The notes beneath the pieces were generated by a model. That model worked only from the letters and a program-made list of their open reading frames with translations. It searched no databases and had not been told where the DNA came from. This document shows positions 29,503 to 39,212 of a stretch of 64,000 bases of DNA, one piece after another (positions within the stretch are counted from its first letter, which is position 1; every line of letters starts with the position of its first letter). The stretch is taken from the NCBI GenBank assembly GCA_019746135.1, contig JAIESI010000011.1, positions 604 to 64,603 on the forward strand, in the 5' to 3' direction. Source of the stretch: Xanthobacteraceae bacterium (GTDB lineage Bacteria > Pseudomonadota > Alphaproteobacteria > Rhizobiales > Xanthobacteraceae). The position numbers and the translations under genes were made by a program.

Positions 29503-30483
29503 ATGAAATTCGGTGTCACCCTGTCGAACCGCGGCGTGCTGGTCGGCCTGACCACGCCCGCAGACCTTTTGAAGCTTGCCGACGCGGTCGAGGCCTCGCC
29601 GCACATGGATTCGGTCTGGTGCGGCGACGCGCTGTTCGTCAACCGCAGGCTCGACGCGCTGACCTTGCTCGCGGCCGTGGCCGGCCGCACCGAGCGCGTG
29701 CTGCTCGGGCCCGCCTGCATGGGCTCGTTTGCGCTGCGCGACCCGCTGGTGTTCGCCTACGAATGGGCCTCGCTCGACGTGCTCTCGGGCGGCCGCACGC
29801 GCCTCGTCGCCTGCGCCGGCGGCGGGGCGGGGCCGCTGTGGGAGGCGGAATCCGCGGCGATGGGGGTCAGGCCCGACGACCGGCGCAAGCACATGATCGA
29901 GAACATGCAGGTGCTGCGGCACCTGTGGACCAAGGACAACGAGCCGTTCGAGGGCCAGTTCGTGAGGTTCTCGGGGGTGACGCTCGAGCCGAAGCCGTTG
30001 CAGAGCCCGTGCCCGATCTGGCTTGCCACCAACGCCGAGCGGCTGTCGCACGGCCAGGCCGACTCCGGCGGCTCGGATTTCGCGCTCCGCCGCGTCGGCC
30101 GTGTCGCCGACGGCTGGATGACCCATTCGGTCAGCCCGGAGGGCTTCCAGAGGTCGTGGCAGCTCATCCTCGACGCCGGCCGCGAGCAGGGCCGCGACAT
30201 GAGCGGCTTCGACCACGTGCTCTATCACCACATCAACGTCAACGACGACAGGGACGCGGCGCTCGCCGACTCCAAGAAATTCCTCGACCTCTACTACACC
30301 GCCAACTACTCGAAGGAGCGCCTCGAAGCCTGGCTGACCTACGGCACGCCGCGCGACTGCATCGAGCATCTCAAGCGCTACAAGGCGCACGGCTGCAAGC
30401 GCGTGACCTTCCGGATCTCGACCATGGGGGATCCGATGGCGCAATTGCAGCGCGTGACCGAGGAGGTCCTGCCGTTCGTTTGA
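29503..30483 (+). CDS. LLM-class (luciferase-like) flavin-dependent oxidoreductase
   Basis: DSVWCGD, ASLDVLSGGR, PKPLQSPCPIW, RVADGW. Confidence 0.9.
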   Translation: MKFGVTLSNRGVLVGLTTPADLLKLADAVEASPHMDSVWCGDALFVNRRLDALTLLAAVAGRTERVLLGPACMGSFALRDPLVFAYEWASLDVLSGGRTRLVACAGGGAGPLWEAESAAMGVRPDDRRKHMIENMQVLRHLWTKDNEPFEGQFVRFSGVTLEPKPLQSPCPIWLATNAERLSHGQADSGGSDFALRRVGRVADGWMTHSVSPEGFQRSWQLILDAGREQGRDMSGFDHVLYHHINVNDDRDAALADSKKFLDLYYTANYSKERLEAWLTYGTPRDCIEHLKRYKAHGCKRVTFRISTMGDPMAQLQRVTEEVLPFV

Positions 30484-30492
30484 CGGTGGTTG

Positions 30493-31467
30493 CTACTGCG
30501 CCTTGATCCCGGCGCGCTCCGCAGTCTCTTTCCAGCTCCTGATCTCGGTCGCGATCAGCCTCCGGAACTCCTCGGGCGAGCCGCCCGCCGCCGTGGTGCC
30601 CTGCTGCGCGAGCTTTGCAATGAGCTCCGGATCGCGCAGCGCCCTGTTCACCTCGGTGTTGATCTTCGTCACGATCTCCTTGGGCGTTCCGGCGGTGGTG
30701 AGGAGCCCCAGCCACTGTTCGGCGACGAAGCCGGGGAAGCCCGCTTCCGCGGCGGTCGGCAGGTCGGGCAGTTGCGGATCGCGGGCCGTCCCGCCGGTCG
30801 CGAGCGCCCGCGCCGTTCCGGCCTGAAGCTGCGGCCAGATGCCGAGCGGGGAGAGCAGCACGAGCTGCACCTCGCCGGTGGCGACCGCAAGTGCGGCCGG
30901 CGCGCCGCCGCGATAGGGGATGTGCTGCATCCTGATGCCGGCCTGCGCGGTCCACATTTCCAGCAGCAGATGCGCCTGGGTCGAGGCGCCGGACGAGCCG
31001 TAGTTGAATTTGCCCGGCTCCTTCTTCACCAGCTCGACGAGCTCCTTGAGGCTTGTCGCCGGGACCTTGGCGTTCACCGAGAACAACAGCGGGTTCTTCA
31101 CCAGCACGGTCACCGGCTCGAAGTCGCGCTCCGGATCGAAGCTGAGCTTGGCATTGAGCGCGGCGTTGACCGTGAACGTGGTCGGCACGATCAGCCACGT
31201 GTAGCCGTCCGGCTGGGCCTTTGCGACCGCGTCGGTGCCGATCATCGTGCTCGCGCCGGAGCGGTTTTCCACCACCACCGGCCGGCCCAGCGATTTTTCC
31301 AGGTAAGGCTGCAGCAGCCGCGCGATCACGTCCTGCGCCGCGCCCGCCTGGGTCGGAACGATCAGCCGGATCGGGCGGCTCGGAAACGTGTCGGCCTGCG
31401 CCGGAACGGCGGCGCACACGGCGAACAGAACCGCGGCGATGCCGCAGCGCACACGACCGAATGACAT
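30493..31467 (-). CDS. Bug/TctC tripartite tricarboxylate transporter receptor
   Basis: FPSRPIRLIVP, VENRSGA, PDGYT, HIPYRG, PDLPT. Confidence 0.92.
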   Translation of the reverse strand: MSFGRVRCGIAAVLFAVCAAVPAQADTFPSRPIRLIVPTQAGAAQDVIARLLQPYLEKSLGRPVVVENRSGASTMIGTDAVAKAQPDGYTWLIVPTTFTVNAALNAKLSFDPERDFEPVTVLVKNPLLFSVNAKVPATSLKELVELVKKEPGKFNYGSSGASTQAHLLLEMWTAQAGIRMQHIPYRGGAPAALAVATGEVQLVLLSPLGIWPQLQAGTARALATGGTARDPQLPDLPTAAEAGFPGFVAEQWLGLLTTAGTPKEIVTKINTEVNRALRDPELIAKLAQQGTTAAGGSPEEFRRLIATEIRSWKETAERAGIKAQ

Positions 31468-31588
31468 TGGCGTCGCCTCCCGGTGGCGCAGCAACGATAG
31501 CGGGCGTGCACAGCATGTGCAATTTGCGGGACTCGCGGCGCGGCCGTTCTGCTAGGCTTGCGGCGTCCGGGAATGAACACGAAGCAGG

Positions 31589-32836
31589 ATGGTGCCAGCG
31601 TCTCAGCCGACCGCCAGTTCGGGCCCGCTCGCGGGCGTCCGCGTGCTCGACCTGACCTCGGTCGTGCTCGGTCCCTATGCCACGCAGATGCTGGGCGACC
31701 TCGGCGCCGACATCATCAAGATCGAGCCGCCGGAGGGCGACACCACGCGCTACACCGGCCCGCGGGTCAGCGCCGACATGGCCTCGCTGTTCTTGGGGGT
31801 CAACCGCAACAAGCGCAGCATCGTCCTCGACCTCAAGACACAAGCGGCGCGCGACGTTCTGCTGCGCCTCGTCGACCGGGCCGACGTGTTCGTCCACAAC
31901 ATCCGGCCGCAGAAGCTCGACAAGATCGGGCTCGGCCCGGAAACGCTGCTCGCGCGCAATCCGCGGCTGATCTACGCCGGCATCCACGGCTGGCGCGAGG
32001 ACGGCCCTTACAGCGGCCGCCCGGCCTACGACGACATCATTCAGGGGCTGTGCGGCGTCGCAAGCCTGATGGACCAGCTCACCGGCGAGCCGCGCTACGC
32101 GCCGACCATCCTCGCCGACAAGACCAGCGGGCTCGTCGCGGCGCAGGCCATTCTCGCCGCGCTTTATCACCGCGAGAAGACCGGCCGCGGCCAGTTCGTC
32201 GAGATCCCGATGTTCGAGACCATGGTCGCCTTCATCATGGTCGAGCATCTGCACGGGCTCGGCTTCGAGCCCGCCCGCGGTGAGCCCGGCTATGCGCGGG
32301 TGCTGGCGCCGTGGCGGCGGCCTTACCGCACCGCCGACGGATACCTGTGCATGCTGGCCTACACCGACGCGCAGTGGCGGAAGTTCTGGGGCGAGGTGGG
32401 CAGACCGGAGATGATGCAGGACCCGCGCTTCGTCGACATGGCCGCGCGCAGCCGCAACATCGACGAGGTCTATAGGCTCGCCGGCGAGCAACTGACCGGC
32501 CGCACCACCGCCGACTGGCTCGCCGCGTTCGACCGGCTGGAAATTCCGGCCGGCCCGGTGAAATCGCTCCGCGAGGTGATGGACGACCCGCATCTTCGCG
32601 AGGTGGGCTTCTTTCGGCACGTGACGCATCCGAGCGAAGGCGCGCTGGTGATGCCGGATGTTCCGGTGCGCTATTCCGCATCGCCCGCGGGCATCGAGCG
32701 GCTGCCGCCGCGGCTCGGCGAGCACGGCCGCGAGATCTTGACCGAGATCGGCTTGCGGTCCGAGGAGATCGAGGCGCTGGCCAAGGATGGCGGCGTGGTG
32801 CTGCCGGATGCCGCGCCGGCGGCGCGCCGGGCGTAA
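31589..32836 (+). CDS. Family III (CaiB/BaiF) CoA transferase
   Basis: GPLAGVRVLDL, LGDLGADIIKIE, NRNKRS, AYDDIIQ, PRLGEH. Confidence 0.93.
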   Translation: MVPASQPTASSGPLAGVRVLDLTSVVLGPYATQMLGDLGADIIKIEPPEGDTTRYTGPRVSADMASLFLGVNRNKRSIVLDLKTQAARDVLLRLVDRADVFVHNIRPQKLDKIGLGPETLLARNPRLIYAGIHGWREDGPYSGRPAYDDIIQGLCGVASLMDQLTGEPRYAPTILADKTSGLVAAQAILAALYHREKTGRGQFVEIPMFETMVAFIMVEHLHGLGFEPARGEPGYARVLAPWRRPYRTADGYLCMLAYTDAQWRKFWGEVGRPEMMQDPRFVDMAARSRNIDEVYRLAGEQLTGRTTADWLAAFDRLEIPAGPVKSLREVMDDPHLREVGFFRHVTHPSEGALVMPDVPVRYSASPAGIERLPPRLGEHGREILTEIGLRSEEIEALAKDGGVVLPDAAPAARRA

Positions 32837-32848
32837 CGGGAGATCGAC

Positions 32849-33313
32849 ATGCAGACGCTGGGGCTTGGCTTCACCTTCGAGCAGCTTTCGCCGGGCCAGA
32901 AATTCCGCACCCTCAACCGCACCATCACCGAGACCGACCTGATGATGTTCGTCGGCGTCACCGGCATGGTCGAGGTGATCTTCACCGACCAGACCTTCGG
33001 TGCCGGCAAAGGCGCGATCCAGGGCCGGTTCGTGCCGGCGGCGCTGACCTACAGCCTGATCGAGGGGCTTTTGTGCCAGTCGATGATCCAGGGCACGGGC
33101 CTGGCGATGCTGGAGCTGAACAAGAAGGTGCTGAAGCCGGTCCACGTCGGCGATACCATCCACGCCGAGGTCGAGGTGACCTCGGTGCGGCCGACCTCGA
33201 AGGGCAACCGCGGCATCGTCGCCTCGAAGATCGACATCAAGAACCAGAATGGCGAGGTGGTGATCACCTATGAGGCGACGCGCATGCTGGCAGGGAAGTC
33301 AGTGAGTGAATGA
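32849..33313 (+). CDS. MaoC-family hot-dog dehydratase
   Basis: RTITETD, KPVHVGDTI, KNQNGEVV. Confidence 0.88.
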   Translation: MQTLGLGFTFEQLSPGQKFRTLNRTITETDLMMFVGVTGMVEVIFTDQTFGAGKGAIQGRFVPAALTYSLIEGLLCQSMIQGTGLAMLELNKKVLKPVHVGDTIHAEVEVTSVRPTSKGNRGIVASKIDIKNQNGEVVITYEATRMLAGKSVSE

Positions 33314-33341
33314 TGTTCTATTGTGCGGCATCGGCGGTGAA

Positions 33342-33400
33342 CTCCCTCCCCGGCAAAAGGGCGTTTACGCCCGTCTTCGACGGGCTATGCAGGGGAGGGG
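33342..33400. repeat. CCCTCCCC/GGGGAGGG REP-like hairpin carrying the 36-bp element (33354-33389)
   Basis: ctccctccccgg[36 bp]caggggagggg; sibling without the insert at 49525. Confidence 0.8.
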
Positions 33401-33440
33401 ACGATGGTGCACCAGCCTTCGCTGCAAGGAGCGATGTGCC

Positions 33441-34205
33441 ATGCGCGGACTGAAAAACAAAACCGTTCTCCTCACCGGCGGCGCCAACGGCATCGGCGCT
33501 GCGATCGCGCGGCGTCTCGGCGAAGAGGGCTGCACGGTCGGCATCTTCGATCTCGACGCGACGGGCGCCGGAAAGGTCGCGGGTGCGATCGAGGTGGCCG
33601 GCGGCAGGGCCAGCGCGCACGCTGTCGACATCTCGCAATACGATGCGGTGAAACGCGAGGTGGACGCATTCGAGGCGGCGTGCGGGCCCATCGCATACCT
33701 CGTCAACAACGCCGGCTGGGACCGCGCCGCGAACTTCCTCGATACCGATCCCGAGTTCTGGAACAAGATCGTCGCGATCAATCTCTACGGCCCCCTCAAC
33801 GTCAGCCACATCGTGCTCAAGGGCATGGCCGCGCGCGGCTTCGGCCGGGTGGTGAACGTCGCCTCCGATGCCGGCCGGGTCGGCTCCTCGGGCGAGGCGG
33901 TCTATTCGGCCTGCAAGGGCGGCATGATTGCTTTTTCCAAAACGCTGGCGCGCGAGCTCGTCAGCAGGGGCGTCATCGTCAACACGCTTTGCCCCGGGCC
34001 GACCGACACCGCGATCCTGCGAAGCTTCCTCGAAGGGCCGGACGGCGCGAAGATCGCCGAAGGCCTCAAGCGCGCGATTCCGATGCGCCGCCTCGGCCAG
34101 CCCGAGGACTATCCCGGCCTGGTCGCGTTCCTGCTCTCCGACGACGCCGCCTACATGACCGGCCAGACCATCAGCGTCTCGGGCGGTCTCACCATGCACG
34201 GGTGA
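33441..34205 (+). CDS. badH: SDR, 2-hydroxycyclohexanecarboxyl-CoA dehydrogenase-like
   Basis: TGGANGIG, NNAGWD, ASDAGRVGSSGEAVYSACKGG, SVSGGLTM; coupled to badI. Confidence 0.8.
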   Translation: MRGLKNKTVLLTGGANGIGAAIARRLGEEGCTVGIFDLDATGAGKVAGAIEVAGGRASAHAVDISQYDAVKREVDAFEAACGPIAYLVNNAGWDRAANFLDTDPEFWNKIVAINLYGPLNVSHIVLKGMAARGFGRVVNVASDAGRVGSSGEAVYSACKGGMIAFSKTLARELVSRGVIVNTLCPGPTDTAILRSFLEGPDGAKIAEGLKRAIPMRRLGQPEDYPGLVAFLLSDDAAYMTGQTISVSGGLTMHG

Positions 34206-34996
34206 TGCGAATGCAGCCTTACAAGGACATCCTGTTCGACGTGACCGACGGCGTCGCCAGGATCACCATCAACCGCCCGGAAAAGTACAACGCCTTTACC
34301 GCGGACACCTGCGAGGAGCTGATCGACGCGTTCCGCCACGCCGGCTACGACAAGTCGGTGGCGGTGATCGTGCTCGGCAGCGCGGGCGACAAGGCGTTCT
34401 GCACCGGCGCCGACCAGAGCGCGCACGAGGGCGCCTATGAGGGCCGCGGCACCATCGGCCTGCCGGTCGACGAGTTGCAGTCGCTGATCCGCGACGTGCC
34501 CAAGCCGGTGATCGCCCGCGTCCAGGGCTTCGCCATCGGCGGCGGCAATGTGCTCGCCACCGTCTGCGATCTCACCATCGCCTCCGACAAGGCGGTGTTC
34601 GGCCAGGTGGGGCCGAAGGTGGGCTCGGTCGATCCGGGCTTCGGCACCGCGTATCTCGCCCGCCTGGTCGGCGAGAAGCGCGCCCGCGAGATCTGGTATC
34701 TCTGCCGCCGCTACACCGCGAAGGAGGCCCTCGACATGGGCCTGGTCAATGCCGTGGTGCCGGCCGACAAGCTCGACGAAGAGGTCGACAAGTGGTGCGC
34801 CGAGATCAAGGACAAGAGCCCGACCGCGATCGCCATCGCCAAGCGCTCGTTCAACGCCGACAGCGAGAACCTGCGTGCCATCGGCGCGCTCGGCTTCGAG
34901 GCGCTGGCGCTGTTTTACGGGACCGAGGAATCCAAGGAGGGCGGCCGCGCATTCCGCGAGAAGCGCCCGCCGCGGTTCAGGGACAAGAAGAGGTGA
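34205..34996 (+). CDS. badI: 2-ketocyclohexanecarboxyl-CoA hydrolase (crotonase superfamily)
   Basis: AGYDK, GRGTIGLP, RDVPKPVIARVQGFAIGGGNVLA, GSVDPGFGT, AIAKRSFN as recalled for R. palustris BadI; start 34205 or 34211. Confidence 0.88.
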   Translation: MRMQPYKDILFDVTDGVARITINRPEKYNAFTADTCEELIDAFRHAGYDKSVAVIVLGSAGDKAFCTGADQSAHEGAYEGRGTIGLPVDELQSLIRDVPKPVIARVQGFAIGGGNVLATVCDLTIASDKAVFGQVGPKVGSVDPGFGTAYLARLVGEKRAREIWYLCRRYTAKEALDMGLVNAVVPADKLDEEVDKWCAEIKDKSPTAIAIAKRSFNADSENLRAIGALGFEALALFYGTEESKEGGRAFREKRPPRFRDKKR

Positions 34997-35007
34997 GGCG
35001 TAGACTT

Positions 35008-35099
35008 GTAGGGTGGGTTAGGCGCGTAGCGCCGTAACCCACCGTTGTGGCAACCAGGAAGATGGTGGGTTACGCGCCTGCGGCGCTAACCCACCCTAC
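35008..35099. repeat. GTAG-type REP doublet (REPIN-like)
   Basis: GTAGGGTGGGTTAG..GTAACCCACC - spacer - GGTGGGTTAC..CTAACCCACCCTAC; near-identical arms at 48685. Confidence 0.92.
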
Positions 35100-35123
35100 G
35101 AAGAAAACAAACGGGAGACCTGC

Positions 35124-36317
35124 GTGAAGCGAAGCGACCAGCGGATTCTCACCACCCACGTCGGCAGCCTGCCGCGGCCGGACGACCTGATGGCGCTCTA
35201 CGCGGCCAACGCGTCCGACGAGACGCTGCAGTCGCGGCTCTCCGCGGCCGTGGGCGACATCGTCCGCCAGCAGGCCCAATCCGGCATCGATGTCGTCAAC
35301 GACGGCGAGTACGGCAAGGCGATGCGCAGCGCGATGGATTTCGGCGCGTGGTGGTCCTACGTCTATCCGCGCCTCGAGGGCTTTGAGCTGCGCGAGGAGC
35401 AGGCGAAGAAGGGCCGCGCGGCCTGGACCCACGGCAGCAGGGAGCGCAAGGAGTTCGCCGAATTCTATGCCGCCGAAGCAAGCGCTGCCGCAAGCGCGGC
35501 GCGGCAAAGCGGCTCCAGCACCGCAACGCTCTACGGCCTCACCTGCACCGGGCCGGTCCGCTATGTCGGCCACGCCGCCATCAAGCGCGACATCGACAAC
35601 ATAAAGGCGGCGGTCGGCGCAACCCGCGTCGAGGATGCGTTCATGACCGCGGTGTCGCCGGCGACGCTGCAGATCCTTCCCAACGCCCACTACAAGAGCG
35701 CGGAGGACTACACCATTGCGCTCGCCGAGGCAGTCCGCGAGGAGTACAGGGCGATCGTTGATGCCGGCTTCATCCTGCAGATCGACGACCCGGCGCTGGT
35801 CGACATCTACGACTGGTGGTTCTCGATGAACGACGACGTCGCCGGCTATCGCAAATGGGCGGCGTTTCAGGTCGAGGCGGTGAACCACGCGCTGCAGGGC
35901 ATTCCTGAGGACCGCGTCCGCTTCCACATCTGCTGGGGGAGCTGGCACGGCCCGCACAAGGGCGACGTCGAGCTCAAGGACGTGATCGACCTGCTGCTCA
36001 AGGTGAAGGCGCAGGGCTATTCGGTCGAGGCCGGCAACGTGCGCCATGAGCACGAATGGAAGGTGTGGGAAGACACCAGGCTGCCGGACGGCAAGGTCGT
36101 CATCCCCGGCGTGGTCAGCCACGCCACCAACGTGCTGGAGCATCCGGAGCTGGTGGCCGACCGCATCGTGCGTTTCGCCAAGGCGGTCGGCCGCGAGAAC
36201 GTCATCGCCTCGACCGATTGTGGCCTCGGCGGCCGCGTCCATCCGCAGATCGCCTGGGCGAAGCTCGGCGCGCTCGCCGAGGGCGCGAGACGGGCGACCC
36301 GGCAGTTGTGGGCTTGA
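35124..36317 (+). CDS. Cobalamin-independent methionine synthase II family protein
   Basis: TTHVGSLPRP, NDGE, LQIDDP, FHICWG and TDCG Zn ligands. Confidence 0.92.
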   Translation: MKRSDQRILTTHVGSLPRPDDLMALYAANASDETLQSRLSAAVGDIVRQQAQSGIDVVNDGEYGKAMRSAMDFGAWWSYVYPRLEGFELREEQAKKGRAAWTHGSRERKEFAEFYAAEASAAASAARQSGSSTATLYGLTCTGPVRYVGHAAIKRDIDNIKAAVGATRVEDAFMTAVSPATLQILPNAHYKSAEDYTIALAEAVREEYRAIVDAGFILQIDDPALVDIYDWWFSMNDDVAGYRKWAAFQVEAVNHALQGIPEDRVRFHICWGSWHGPHKGDVELKDVIDLLLKVKAQGYSVEAGNVRHEHEWKVWEDTRLPDGKVVIPGVVSHATNVLEHPELVADRIVRFAKAVGRENVIASTDCGLGGRVHPQIAWAKLGALAEGARRATRQLWA

Positions 36318-36538
36318 TGAGCCGAGGCGAAAGGGCCTCTTTGAGACCTCCGCGAGCAAATCACGGGGTGGATTGACGCCCGCCGGCCCCGTCAGCGCCG
36401 CAGGTCTTCCATCATCCGGCCTCAGCCGGTACCGGCTGGAGCAGGCGCTTTCTTGAAATGGCGGCCTTGCCACATAAATATGACGGCCATGGGCCGGGGG
36501 CATCGGACCCGGACGCATTTCGGGGCGGATTGCCTGCA

Positions 36539-37312
36539 ATGTTGTTTTTTCGAGCCCGGAAAGCCGACGATCTGCAGCAGCGCGTGACGGCGCTGCAGGC
36601 TGCGCTCAAGCAGTGCTCGGAGATCGCCGGGCGTTGGACTGCATTCCGGCGCAGCACCACCGTGGCCATTGCCGTTCTGATGCTGGCGCTCGGCTTCGCG
36701 CTCGGCGCCTATCGCGAGCCGATCCATGAAACCATCGTCGGCCTGGCACAGGCGATTGGTATCGTCAGGCCGGCCTCGGCGCTCGATGCCGTCCAGGCCG
36801 CTTATCAGAAGGGCGACTACGAAACGGTGCTGCGGCTCGGGCGTCCGCTGGCTGACGCGGGCGATGCCCGCGCGCAATCCATTCTCGGCCTCGCGCACTA
36901 TCGCGGTCGCGGCGGGGTGCCGCAGGATCTCGACGAAGCGGCCAAGTGGTTTCGCCAGGCCGCCGACCAGGGCGATGCGACCGCCCAATTCTATCTCGGT
37001 CTCATGTATGCCGAAGGCCGTGGCGTACCGCAGAGCTATACCGAAGCGGCGAAATGGTACCGTCTCGCTGCCGAGCGCGGCGACGCGCCCGCGCAGTACA
37101 ATCTCGCGCTGCTCCTCTCCAGGGGCGAGGTCGGGGCTGCGGACCATGTCAGCGCCTATTTCTGGTTCAACCTTGCCGCCTCCCGCTTCCCGAGCGGCGA
37201 CCCCCGGCGCGCCGCCGCCGTCGCCCAGCGCGACCTGATGGCGGGCAAGATGGCGCCTGGCGAAATCGCCATAGCGCAGCGCTGGGCGCGCGAATGGAAG
37301 CCGACGCAATAG
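36539..37312 (+). CDS. Membrane-anchored Sel1-repeat protein
   Basis: AQSILG..Y..G.GVPQD, AQFYLG.MY..GRGVPQ, AQYNL repeats; one TM; start uncertain. Confidence 0.88.
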   Translation: MLFFRARKADDLQQRVTALQAALKQCSEIAGRWTAFRRSTTVAIAVLMLALGFALGAYREPIHETIVGLAQAIGIVRPASALDAVQAAYQKGDYETVLRLGRPLADAGDARAQSILGLAHYRGRGGVPQDLDEAAKWFRQAADQGDATAQFYLGLMYAEGRGVPQSYTEAAKWYRLAAERGDAPAQYNLALLLSRGEVGAADHVSAYFWFNLAASRFPSGDPRRAAAVAQRDLMAGKMAPGEIAIAQRWAREWKPTQ

Positions 37313-37321
37313 CGGCGGCTC

Positions 37322-39130
37322 TCACCCGAACCAGCCCGGCGTCTCGTGCACGATCCGGCCGCCGGCCATGGTCATCAGCGCGGTGGTCTCGGAAATCTTC
37401 TCCTCCGCAACCGTCAGCGGATCGGCGCTCAGCACCGCGAGGTCGGCGAACTTGCCCGGCTCCAGCGAGCCTCTCTTGCCTTCGTCGAAGCTGAGATAGG
37501 CCCCGTTCAACGTGGCGCAGCGCAGCGCGTCCATGCGCGAGAGCGCCTGCCGCGCGCCGACCTGGCGGCCGGATTTGAAGTCCTTGCGCACGATCGTCTG
37601 CTGCACCGGCAGCCAGAGCGACACCGGCACGTTGTCGGTGGCGAGCGAGACCGTGATGCCGGCGTCGCGCAACGCGTTCATCGGCACGATGTGGTCGTGC
37701 TGATCGGCGGGCAGGCGGTTCGCGGTCGCATCCAGCGCCTTATAGAGATAGGCGTTGCTGTGGGTCGTCAGCACCAGCCCCATGCGGGCGATGCGCTCGA
37801 CGTCGCGCGGCGAGACCACGTTGATGTGGCTGATCATCCAGCGCCGGCCTTGGAGCGGGATCGAGCGGTCGACCTCTTCGTAAAGGTCGAGCATGCCGAG
37901 CCCGCCGGCGCCGGCGATCGCGCAGGCGCGGATGTCGTTTCGCGCCAGGTGCAGCAGAAGCTCCTTCACCTTGTCGCGCGGCAGGCCGTGATTGGAGTTG
38001 AAGCCGGCCCAGCCGGTGTAGGGCGCGGCGGAGGCGCGGGCGTTGTCCGCGGGGCTCCGGCCGATATGGACGTAGAGGCCGCTCATCTTCAGCCAGTCGT
38101 TGCCGAAGCCCGGCTCGCCGAGCCAGCCGGCCCAGGCCTCGATGAAGGGTCCGAGCGGCGCCTCGCCGGCGGCCGCCCAGTTGGCGCTCAGCGCCAGCGT
38201 GGTGCGCATGGTCAGCGTGCCGTCGCGGTACGCCTGCTTGTAGACGCGCAGCAATTCCGTCGCTGCGCCGTGACCTTCGAACGCGCTGGTGGTGCCGAAG
38301 CGGTGGTACTCTTTCGCGGAGAGCGGCAGGGCGCGCAGCCGGTCGGCATGCGAAAACTGCGTCGCCTCGCGGAACCAGATCATCTCGGCGATCGGCTGCA
38401 TCTCCTGCTCGATGAACACGCCGGTCGGATCGCCGCTCGCGTCCTTCTGGATCGTCAGCGTCGGCGAGGGCGGTACGGTGTCGCGGCTGATGCCGGCGCG
38501 CTTGAGCGCCTCGGTGTTGGCGCAGGAAACGATCGGCAACGTGCCGCGCCAGAAGCCCCAGATCGCGCGGATGTAGACCGGGTTGTGCGGGGCCGCGGCG
38601 TCGAGCTCCTGGCGGGTCGGCCAGCGCTTCTCTACCAGGACATCGGGCACGTCGAAATAATAGGGCGGGTCGCCGATCGGCATGGTGACGATCCACTCGC
38701 CCGGCTTCTTGCCGCGTGCGAGCTCGGCGATGCGCTCCTGGATGTCCTTGATCGAGCGCACCGGTCCCAGCGCCGGGAACACGCTGCGCAACGCCTCGCG
38801 ATCCACATGCGCGTGGCCGTCGGTCAGGCCCGGGACGACCGCGCGGCCGTTGAGGTCGCGCACGTGCGTCGCCGGCGTTACGTGCGCGGCCATGCTGGCG
38901 TCGGCGCCGACCGCAATGATGCGGTCGCCGGCAATCGCGACCGCCTGCGTGACCGTCGACTGGCCGTCGACCGTGATGATCTTGCCGTTCTTGAGGACGA
39001 GGTCAGCCGGGCGCATGGCTGCCGACTGCGCGGTGGCGGGCAAGCGCAGTCCTGCGGTCAGGCTTGCGATGGCGGCCGTGCTCGCCGCGCCCTTGAGAAA
39101 AGTCCGACGCGGGATTCTCCTGGTCGCCAT
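37322..39130 (-). CDS. Tat-exported amidohydrolase (Amidohydro_3, YtcJ-like)
   Basis: PRRTFLKG Tat motif; VPGLTDGHAH; GSLEPGKFADLAVLS. Confidence 0.9.
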   Translation of the reverse strand: MATRRIPRRTFLKGAASTAAIASLTAGLRLPATAQSAAMRPADLVLKNGKIITVDGQSTVTQAVAIAGDRIIAVGADASMAAHVTPATHVRDLNGRAVVPGLTDGHAHVDREALRSVFPALGPVRSIKDIQERIAELARGKKPGEWIVTMPIGDPPYYFDVPDVLVEKRWPTRQELDAAAPHNPVYIRAIWGFWRGTLPIVSCANTEALKRAGISRDTVPPSPTLTIQKDASGDPTGVFIEQEMQPIAEMIWFREATQFSHADRLRALPLSAKEYHRFGTTSAFEGHGAATELLRVYKQAYRDGTLTMRTTLALSANWAAAGEAPLGPFIEAWAGWLGEPGFGNDWLKMSGLYVHIGRSPADNARASAAPYTGWAGFNSNHGLPRDKVKELLLHLARNDIRACAIAGAGGLGMLDLYEEVDRSIPLQGRRWMISHINVVSPRDVERIARMGLVLTTHSNAYLYKALDATANRLPADQHDHIVPMNALRDAGITVSLATDNVPVSLWLPVQQTIVRKDFKSGRQVGARQALSRMDALRCATLNGAYLSFDEGKRGSLEPGKFADLAVLSADPLTVAEEKISETTALMTMAGGRIVHETPGWFG

Positions 39131-39212
39131 GGTCGTTCCTCTCCACGGTTCCTCCCCACACGAGACGGTGAGCATAGCGCGCGGTCGGTATGGCGGCCAT
39201 GGACGAAAGCCT

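Noticed and set aside
30371-33163. Long antisense or alternate-frame ORFs (930 aa here; also 38682-41141, 20089-21900, 5346-7115)
   Set aside because: Shadow ORFs expected in high-GC DNA; they overlap well-supported genes and lack motifs
33404-34996. 530-aa ORF as a fusion protein
   Set aside because: Its first 267 codons are an off-frame overlap of badH; crotonase similarity starts only at 34205
34205-34996. menB (naphthoate synthase)
   Set aside because: Motifs and coupling to a BadH-like SDR fit BadI better; no other men genes nearby
35124-36317. metE or epoxyalkane:CoM transferase as a specific call
   Set aside because: Single-barrel family member with no methionine, CoM or alkene monooxygenase context; only the family is supportable
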